In this document: positions 31,367-39,300 of the stretch, piece by piece
How positions within the stretch are numbered: position 1 is the first letter of the stretch
How the letters are laid out: every line of letters begins with the position of its first letter
Source: a virus
Lineage: Duplodnaviria; Caudoviricetes
Reading direction: 5' to 3' (one strand)
Length of the DNA stretch: 64,000 bases
Virus record (IMG/VR): IMGVR_UViG_3300028591_000127
Location: 32,001-96,000 of that record
Program-made: the position numbers and the translations under genes
Notes under the pieces: model-generated
Told to the model about the DNA's origin: nothing
Database searches by the model: none
Seen by the model: the letters and a program-made list of their open reading frames with translations, nothing else

Positions 31367-32060
31367 TAAGCGATTCTACACTTACTGTCACTCCCCTCCT
31401 TTCTGATTTATCTAATCCCTTATTACACTCTGGACAATATAGGGTTATTGGTTCGAGTTGATCATAATAAAGATCTCTTAAAGCTAATAGGAGGGTAATG
31501 TCATTATGCGTTGCCCCTAAGACATCCTCTTCAACCTGATTAGCTCTCGTTTCAAAATCCTTAATGAGTGCTATAGTTTTAATCATCTTAAGGTCAGTTA
31601 CTTTTCTGTAGGTCAAATACTTACTAAAAACTCTACCAAACTCCCTAACTGTTGGTACTATGGTTTCATAAGAATGCCCTCCCAATTCTATCTTGGCCCC
31701 ATTCATAATCTTAGGGTCAATCTGTTTAAAATGAATATCGTGCTCAAACGATACCGTCTTTTTGATCTTTCTACCACATTCTGGACACTTAACTTCAATT
31801 TGATAACTCAGATCTTCACTAACTGTTATGAGTTTTTTGTAGAAGATCAAGAAATCAACATCCATAATATAACAATTCAGAATGTTAGGATCTTCAGACT
31901 TTAACATATCAATGTCAAACAGGTATTTTCCTAAGTTATCATCTTTTGGAACTCTAGCCATATAATCACAAATACCACTAAAGGTCATAGGATTGATGTT
32001 GACTGAAGGAAAATTATAGCCTATACCTCCACTAGGGAGAAGTTTAACGTCAATGTTCAT
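31299..32060 (-). CDS. Baseplate hub/tail assembly chaperone (T4 gp26-like)
   Basis: LLPSGG N-terminus, DVDFLIF, two CPEC motifs and a DFF near the C-terminus; upstream of the tape measure. Confidence 0.7.
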   Translation of the reverse strand: MNIDVKLLPSGGIGYNFPSVNINPMTFSGICDYMARVPKDDNLGKYLFDIDMLKSEDPNILNCYIMDVDFLIFYKKLITVSEDLSYQIEVKCPECGRKIKKTVSFEHDIHFKQIDPKIMNGAKIELGGHSYETIVPTVREFGRVFSKYLTYRKVTDLKMIKTIALIKDFETRANQVEEDVLGATHNDITLLLALRDLYYDQLEPITLYCPECNKGLDKSERRGVTVSVESLIVDFFRDLYVNCPIDGSKILFK

Positions 32061-32084
32061 ATTTTATTAAAATCATTAAAAAAT

Positions 32085-32122
32085 AGTAGTCTACAGTAAT
32101 ATCAAAATCACTATAGACTACT
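32085..32122 (-). terminator. 16-bp RNA hairpin followed by a U-tract
   Basis: Minus-strand RNA AGUAGUCUAUAGUGAU/AUUACUGUAGACUACU pairs fully with 2 G-U pairs and is followed by AUUUUUU. Confidence 0.55.
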
Positions 32123-32169
32123 TCTATATTCTATACTTAAGGTTCTAGAGGTCTCTGAACAGTAAAATT

Positions 32170-32631
32170 TCACTTAATGGTAATATTAATCTTTTCACCC
32201 TTCTTACTAGCGGCGTCAAGGAGAGGCCAAAGCTTTTTAAGAGTGTTCATAGAGTTAGTGACTTTACCAACTTCCGTATTTTTTCCAACTAAAATACAGC
32301 CTGCAGAATCAGCCGCCGTATTACCTGCGTGAATTAATACACCAGACCAAGCTTTAATGTTGAGAAGTCTGGGTAATCTTGCTCCACACCACTTATAAGC
32401 TAATTTCTTTGAGTACTTAGGAGAAACAACATTCATAGTGATGGGATAGGTACCAGTCGGAATAGCAGTTTGGCTATATACCTTCTTTTTTTGTATCTCC
32501 TCTTCGGGCATATCACTACTGAGCCCTCTATCACAATCCTCTACTGTATCACAAAAATATTCCCCGTTGATGTAGAGTTTCCCAATCGTATAAGTCGCCT
32601 TCTTAGCAACTCTTCTTAATGTTAGTTCCAT
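32170..32631 (-). CDS. DUF5675-family protein, putative endolysin/peptidoglycan peptidase
   Basis: MELTLRR...YTIGKLYING..FCDTVED, TAIPTGTY, GVLIHAGN..DSAGCILVG are hallmark motifs of this Bacteroidota-phage family. Confidence 0.8.
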   Translation of the reverse strand: MELTLRRVAKKATYTIGKLYINGEYFCDTVEDCDRGLSSDMPEEEIQKKKVYSQTAIPTGTYPITMNVVSPKYSKKLAYKWCGARLPRLLNIKAWSGVLIHAGNTAADSAGCILVGKNTEVGKVTNSMNTLKKLWPLLDAASKKGEKINITIK

Positions 32632-32634
32632 AAA

Positions 32635-32802
32635 TTAAAGTCTCTTTTTGCTACCCCTCTTTACAACTAATTTGCCATTAGCTCCCATCTTAGCATCAGC
32701 AACATACATACCCTCAGAATCTTGACCTACTTTCTTATACTGATATTCGTCGGTAGGGTCTTCCTCTGAAAAATAACGTGGTCTCGAAATTCTTATCTTC
32801 AT
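32635..32802 (-). CDS. Small 55-aa protein with RYFS leader (not in ORF track)
   Basis: Translated by hand: MKIRISRPRYFSEEDPTDEYQYKKVGQDSEGMYVADAKMGANGKLVVKRGSKKRL; fills the gap between neighbours exactly. Confidence 0.7.
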   Translation of the reverse strand: MKIRISRPRYFSEEDPTDEYQYKKVGQDSEGMYVADAKMGANGKLVVKRGSKKRL

Positions 32803-32805
32803 ATT

Positions 32806-33111
32806 CTAAATATAATTAGTCCAAGCCCACAAAGTTCTATATCCAAGATAGTAGGGATTATTTTCGTAACCCCTTGCTTCTATCTCAAAGGAAAGTTTAT
32901 TATAGGCTTCAAAAGGATCTTGAAACATCCAAAACTTATAGATGTATTCTAGTACATACCAAATATACCAACCAACTACAAGCAATTCTATTTGTTGTCT
33001 CCAGTGTATCTCCCCATGTCTAATCGTATGTTCTGCAATTTCCTTACCTCCAGTAAAGACAAAAGGACCTACTATAATCTGAGGAAAAAACTCATTTTCA
33101 ATTCTTATCAT
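32806..33111 (-). CDS. Small membrane-associated protein with HExxH-like motif
   Basis: IRHGEIHWRQQIEL...WYIWYVLEY...SFEIEA resembles a conserved Bacteroidota/phage family; the motif is degenerate here. Confidence 0.55.
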   Translation of the reverse strand: MIRIENEFFPQIIVGPFVFTGGKEIAEHTIRHGEIHWRQQIELLVVGWYIWYVLEYIYKFWMFQDPFEAYNKLSFEIEARGYENNPYYLGYRTLWAWTNYI

Positions 33112-33523
33112 AATCGTTACTGCAAAGAGAGAAGAGGTAACGATACTTATAGCAGTTGTTAATGAAAGTTTCTGTCTCGCTTGTTAGGCCTTTGAACTCC
33201 GTGCCAGGGGGGATATCTTCATAAAAATCTTTAGTTTCTTTAATAGCATCCTCAATAAAACTTATAGCATCCGTGGCATTATTAGCGTAGAAAGGTACTT
33301 CTCCTGGCTTCATTTTACCAAGAATTCCCATATAACCTTCAGCAATGGTATCTTGAATATCACCCAAGATTTCATGAAACTCATCGAGGTAGACATGAAT
33401 ATTCTTCTTAGGAGCAGCCCAATGAAGCTCCTTACACTTAACTAAGAGGCCACTAAGAATACCCAAGAAACGGAGAAACTTTTCTTTTTCCTCTCTCGAA
33501 TAATATTTCTGAGTAAAGTTCAT
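33098..33523 (-). CDS. Dps/ferritin-like four-helix protein (DUF5856-like)
   Basis: KELHW...IHVYLDEFHE...DTIAEGYMG matches the Dps-like HW..H..D..E pattern; N-terminal KYYS. Confidence 0.65.
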   Translation of the reverse strand: MNFTQKYYSREEKEKFLRFLGILSGLLVKCKELHWAAPKKNIHVYLDEFHEILGDIQDTIAEGYMGILGKMKPGEVPFYANNATDAISFIEDAIKETKDFYEDIPPGTEFKGLTSETETFINNCYKYRYLFSLCSNDYDKN

Positions 33524-33541
33524 AACTTACTTTGTATAAGA

Positions 33542-33575
33542 TCTGAGGACTAAGGAATAAACCCTAATCCTCAGA
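33542..33575 (-). terminator. 14-bp RNA hairpin downstream of the tail tube gene
   Basis: Minus-strand UCUGAGGAUUAGGG/CCUUAGUCCUCAGA pairs with 2 G-U pairs; weak U-tract. Confidence 0.45.
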
Positions 33576-33590
33576 AGAAGTTTATTATAA

Positions 33591-34190
33591 TTATGTGAGA
33601 TTATCAAAAGTTCTGCTGTAGTGCTCAAACTTCATGCTCAGAACAACATCAGCACGATCGGTCTCAGACTCAGTAGCACCGTTCTCATCAATCTGTGCGT
33701 CGGTGATTACGCAGTTGAAGAATTCCAAAGATCTAACTGTAATACGAGAAGAGTTGGTCAGAACCAATTTAACATTAGCTACCAAGTCATCCTTACGGAA
33801 GCTATATCTCGTATCACGATCAGCAATCTTCTGTCTCCAGTCATCCAACCAATAAGTAATAGCTTGGTCTTCACGATCTACAAACTGAAGGCTAAGAGTA
33901 CCGTTGGTATTCTGACTAGTTTGCTGGTAGATATCCCAACCACCTCTCATACGCTTGGTAATACCGTTCGAAGAGGTGTCAATACCTACATTAACAGCAT
34001 TCAGACGACCATTGAGGATTTCGTCACCCGGATAATAAACAATTTTGGGAGCCTGCGTAAAAGACAGCTTCCACATATCGCCACGAAGGAACTCACGGTT
34101 ATTATCTTTATAGGTCTTTTCCCAGTCAATAAAGTTAATACCACTAAGAGCCTCACCACCTGGACGTACAAGTTCAGCAACTGTTGCCAT
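33591..34190 (-). CDS. Tail tube protein (gp19-like)
   Basis: 199 aa; GTLSLQFVDREDQAITYWLDDWRQ and terminal VVLSMKFEHY fit the tube fold; high-expression codon bias. Confidence 0.75.
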   Translation of the reverse strand: MATVAELVRPGGEALSGINFIDWEKTYKDNNREFLRGDMWKLSFTQAPKIVYYPGDEILNGRLNAVNVGIDTSSNGITKRMRGGWDIYQQTSQNTNGTLSLQFVDREDQAITYWLDDWRQKIADRDTRYSFRKDDLVANVKLVLTNSSRITVRSLEFFNCVITDAQIDENGATESETDRADVVLSMKFEHYSRTFDNLT

Positions 34191-34198
34191 AGTATTAA

Positions 34199-36370
34199 TT
34201 AATTTTTATAATTTATTATGATGTCTAACTTCACATTGCTTTCTACCAAATCATTAACTCCTATCCAAAGTGTAAAGGAGATTTCATTTTCAGAGAGATT
34301 AGTATTATAATTCTCCATCTTGATCTGCTTAATTATTGTGAAGCGGTTTTTTATTCCATCTAGGATCCCTAAGATTGAGCCCTGAATATCAACAGTATAG
34401 GTTTGTCCTAAGAATTTCCATCTATTTTTGATTAATTCCCTTGTTATCTTGGCTTGTGAAAATCTCATCAAGGCAGTACAAGTTGGATTTGGACCACTGA
34501 AATACTCTCGGTAGTAATATTTCTGGTTGTTATCAATCAGATAGTTACACTTATAAGTTCTGTAATCGGTGTCATCAAAATTATATGGATCTCTATCAAT
34601 ACCATCAACAGGGCTGGGATAAAATACAGTATTTGTTGAAACTGAGTAGATATCCCTTAAGATCCCAGTTAAGAATAGATAGTATCCTGGTCGGCTAATG
34701 TCATTGATTGTTATATTGGAATAAAAGTAGACTAGTTTATTTTCTGAATCTAAGATATAATTTCTTTTGAACCATTTGGCTCCACTATTACTGTCTCCAT
34801 TTTCAATCAAAAACTGACATCCGCAGGCATTGGAGATATTGAGGAAAGTTCTATAGATGCTTAGAGGTTCGGGATCCTCACTATTATTCACTGTAATAAA
34901 CTGATTAACGTCTGGTACAAGGTGAAAATCGGGTCTTATGAAATCCTCTTCATCTTTATACATCATCGACAAAGCATAGTTTGTAGCTTTAGGAGTACAA
35001 ACATTTTCTTTTGCTCCTGCCAATTTCCAAGTTCCTACCGGCAATCTCTCAACAATACCATCAAGGACATAATCACATCCTACCAGGTTTGACCTAGAGT
35101 TAATATCAAGATCTAATCTCACTAAGCCTTCTTTCTCAACTAACCATCCCTCAAATACTTCAATATAATCATACCTTCTGAGTGTGATTCTATACTCATA
35201 TCCAACAGAATCAGAATTAATTTCTTCTACTTGGACTGTTATATAGTTATCATCATCACTCCTATCACACCCTATCGTCTTACTCCAGAATTTAAGTGCT
35301 GGTACAGGAAGGGTTTCTGTATCTACTTTCGTTCCGTTAGTATAAGTCATCGTGGTAGGATTATATACAAAGTCTTCATTTTCAGCAACCTCCTCAAGAA
35401 GCGTATAAGAATCTTGTGCTGAAGGAGCCATTGTGAAGTTAGGAATAGTACTGAAGTAATTTACCTCAGTTGGAAAGTTAGTATAAAGTTTATTCTTATC
35501 ACGGTCATAGAAATAAGTATATGATCCAGACGTCGTGAAGGATTGAAATATATCGCCAACACAGTTAACACCTATTGCTCCTCCTGTCTTAAACTTAGAG
35601 GGTATTCCATTAATAGTATCAATGTCTGTGCTTGGATAATAAACTTTATATACCATCTTAGTGCCATTCCAAAACGGTAATACTAAATATTCCCCAGGAT
35701 TTAGTACTTGCTGACCATCGAAAGAGACATCAAAAGCAAGTGTCTGATATCCCTTATCTATTCTCTCAGTACTTAAGCCCTTCAAAGAGAAATAGAATGA
35801 TGATTGTGAATTTATAATGCTTAACGGACTATTCTGAGGGCGATACTCTGGATTAGTATATTCAATCTGAGATCCCAACCTGAATAGCGTTAAAGTGTCT
35901 CTATTATATATACCAGGATTTTGAATATTTTGGGGTAAGTCTTTTATATTGACAAAAATCCACCCATTAGAAGTAGAGTCATAATACCAGATGAATCTCT
36001 CAATAGAATCTTCACCTATTACCTGGTAAATTGTTTTTATTCCCTCATCTGTAAATTCTGGTTCCTCGGTATAAATCTTACTCTCATCCAACGTATATTC
36101 TGAAAGATTTATGTAATCAGTTGTATCAGAGTATTGATCTAAATCTACAGGTCCCATCAACCAGAGAGAGTTATTTGTATCTATGAGTTCGTGAAGGAAA
36201 GAATATGATTTAAAATTCCTACCAAACCAGATGTCTAAAGCTGATGTAGTCCTTATGATAATAGGTTTCTCGTAAGTCATTGGAGATTCGGGAACCTGGG
36301 CAAATATCATAAGATCAGAAGAACCTGAACTACCATAGACTGTTGATATTTTTCCTAACTTAATATACAT
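34199..36370 (-). CDS. Second, divergent tail-sheath-like protein (723 aa)
   Basis: N-terminal KPIIIRTTSALDIWFG and C-terminal ILDGIKNRF...NEISFTLWIGV resemble sheath terminal domains; directly upstream of the tube gene. Confidence 0.55.
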   Translation of the reverse strand: MYIKLGKISTVYGSSGSSDLMIFAQVPESPMTYEKPIIIRTTSALDIWFGRNFKSYSFLHELIDTNNSLWLMGPVDLDQYSDTTDYINLSEYTLDESKIYTEEPEFTDEGIKTIYQVIGEDSIERFIWYYDSTSNGWIFVNIKDLPQNIQNPGIYNRDTLTLFRLGSQIEYTNPEYRPQNSPLSIINSQSSFYFSLKGLSTERIDKGYQTLAFDVSFDGQQVLNPGEYLVLPFWNGTKMVYKVYYPSTDIDTINGIPSKFKTGGAIGVNCVGDIFQSFTTSGSYTYFYDRDKNKLYTNFPTEVNYFSTIPNFTMAPSAQDSYTLLEEVAENEDFVYNPTTMTYTNGTKVDTETLPVPALKFWSKTIGCDRSDDDNYITVQVEEINSDSVGYEYRITLRRYDYIEVFEGWLVEKEGLVRLDLDINSRSNLVGCDYVLDGIVERLPVGTWKLAGAKENVCTPKATNYALSMMYKDEEDFIRPDFHLVPDVNQFITVNNSEDPEPLSIYRTFLNISNACGCQFLIENGDSNSGAKWFKRNYILDSENKLVYFYSNITINDISRPGYYLFLTGILRDIYSVSTNTVFYPSPVDGIDRDPYNFDDTDYRTYKCNYLIDNNQKYYYREYFSGPNPTCTALMRFSQAKITRELIKNRWKFLGQTYTVDIQGSILGILDGIKNRFTIIKQIKMENYNTNLSENEISFTLWIGVNDLVESNVKLDIIINYKN

Positions 36371-36375
36371 AATGA

Positions 36376-39300
36376 CTAAAACAATAAATCAAGACCTTCT
36401 GAGGCTAACTTAGCAGTGGTCATAATTTTACTAGCCTTTTTCCTATCCGCTGCCATCTTAGCTTCAAAGTCATTGTTCTTAGCTTTCAAGGAAGTTTTTT
36501 CCGGATCGTATATAGTCTCTTCCGATTTAGGATTCTCACCTACAATACTAAAGTTAACACTAAGATCTCCGCCGTCTCCCTCAATATCTCCAGACCTTTC
36601 TTCAACAAAATCTCTAAGAACTAGCAAGAGATCATATTTACTGATAGTTGAAAGCTGAGGAGTCATAGAATAAATTCTACACCTGAAAGTTACATTTTTA
36701 TATGGGGCAACAAGCTGGTATCTTTTATCTACAGCAGTAAGAGTGTTATCCTCATATGGATTAATATTTGTTACCTCATCTTTCTTCTTGGGTTCACTAT
36801 AATAGATCATAGAATCAAGACATCTTTCAAAATAAGTTCTTAATGATTTAAATTGGTCATCAACAAAAGTCAATTTAAACTCATTTGTAAACTCCATAGA
36901 TGTTGGATAAGCAATTTCACCATCAAAAAGTTGGAGGTTCTTAGTAGTAAGCTTTCCCTTTGCTAATTCAAAAGAAGTAATAGGTAAGTAAGTTGTATAG
37001 CCAGTTCTAACGTTATGATAGTACTTATTCCAGACATTAATTTCGTGTATTAATGGTAAATAAGTCTTTTCATTATTCTCAGCTCCCATAAAAGGTTCAA
37101 GAATGATCTCCCAATACATATTAGAATCTAAGGTTATTACCTTGACCGAATTAAATTCGCTGGAAGTAAACTTATTGGCTGAAGTCATATAAGGACTCTC
37201 TTTAATACTATCAAACATATCTTCGACAGTATTTATTTCATTGACTCTACTAACTTTAACTAAATCAACAAAGGTCTGTTTAATGCCTTCCCCTTTCAGG
37301 TACCTATTAGTAAACTTAACTTTATTACCAGGATCAACATCTTTTTCATCTGTCCCAAGCTGCTTATTACTCATAGCATACCAAGTAGTTTTACCACTAA
37401 GTAATTCGGTGGGATTATTAGAATCTTCATCCGGTCTATTGTGAGGCCTTACAGTATCAGGGAGAAGACATTTTGCGGCAGAAATTACAGCCGACTTAGC
37501 CAGGTCTTGAAGATCGTTGCTATTATAAAGAGCTGCAGAGGCTACTTCTCGGAGTTTACTTTTAGCTTTACCAGTTAAGAATTCATCTGATTCTCCAGGA
37601 AGTCTATCTCTGTTTAAACCAGCCTTAACCTCAGCAAGTTCTCTAGCAAGTACCATACCTGCCAAAGCCTCTTCAATCAGCTTAGCTTTAACCTTTGCAT
37701 TGCCAACCTTTAATGCACTGACTGCCTGATGTGCTAGAACACCGAAGTCTAGAATACCTGTATGATACTGATTTTGGACATGTTTCGCGGTGGGAATAGA
37801 CTCTTCACCTTGTTTAAGATCCTCAGTTTCAAAATCCTCTACTTTATTAGGATTACCATCTCCACCATAAAGAATCTTACTGCCATATTCAGCGAGGTCT
37901 AGCTTATCAACTTTCTTTTGGCCTGGATCATCACTGGCAACGTAAGTCATTTTATAGACATCACCATTCTCCAATATAACCTTGTAAAGCTTTTCTTCTA
38001 AGGCCATATCTCTGGCTGAATCTAGGGTATTTTCAATGACTTCTCCTTTCTCATTAGTCCCTTCTACACTCTTAGCAACTTCAGTAACAACACTAACTAT
38101 CTGCTCTACCCATTTAGATCTAGGATCCTTCGAGGGGTCTCCTGTTAGCTTAAGGATATTGTGAATTTTACCAGCCAACTTATAAACTCTATTTACTAGC
38201 TTATATCTTAGGTTCTTGTCAAGCTCTTCAGGATTTAAGAAAGGTTGGAAATTTGAGCCAGGTTCAGGTACCAGGACATTATTTGGATAAAGTTCTTGAT
38301 CAGGGGCTTTATCTTTTTTATCAATGAAGTCTGATAGGTCTTGATCCTCTCCCTTATTCCCCTTCTCAACAAAGGTAGATAGTTCTTTATCCTCAGCCTT
38401 ATCTTTTTTATCGACGAACTTTGATAGGTCTTGATCTTCAGGTTTATCCCTTTTCTCAACAAAGGTAGATAACTCCTTGTCCTCAGCTTTATCTTTTTTA
38501 TCAATGAAGTCTGATAGGCTTTGATCCTCCCCCTTCTCCCCTTTCTCAATAAAGGTAGAGAGTTCTTTATCTTCCGCCTTGTCTCTCTTGTCAATAAAAT
38601 CTTCTAAGGTTTCATCAGAATTATCACTAATTTTATCCTGATAGTCGACTAGTTCTTTATCTTCAGCTTTATCTTTTTTGTCGATAAAATCTTCTAAGGT
38701 TTCGTCAAGATTATCACTAATTTTATCCTGATAATCAACTAGTTCTTTATCTTCAGCTTTATCTTTTTTATCAATGAAGTCCTCTAGGGTTTCATCAAGA
38801 GAATCACTAATTTTATCTTGATAATCAACTAGTTCTTTATCGGAAGCACCTTGAATCTGGTCTTTATAATCTTCAAGATCTTTATCAGTGGTTCCCTCTA
38901 TTTCATCCTTATAGTCTTCAAGAGTTTCGTCTGTGTTATCTGTGAGGTCATCCCTATAATCAACAAGACTCTCTTCAGAGTCATAACTAAGACTTTCGAT
39001 ATAGTCACTTAGATTTGATCCATCCCAAGAGAAAGGATTAAAGTTCTCAGCACCCTTTTCAGAGTCAGAGGGAAGGCTATCTACATCAGAGTTATCACTG
39101 GCACTAGGAATAACACCTTCTTTATAGGTTCCAAGTTGTATGTCTGTTTGATTTCCTGTTATTGTATCTAAGAAATCACCCAGCTCTTGATCTTCATTCC
39201 CATTAATTTCTTCTCTGTGATCCTCAAGGGTCTCGTCAAGAGAATCTTTAATCGTTTCCTTATGATCCTCTAAAGTTTCATTAAGTGAATCCTTAAGACT

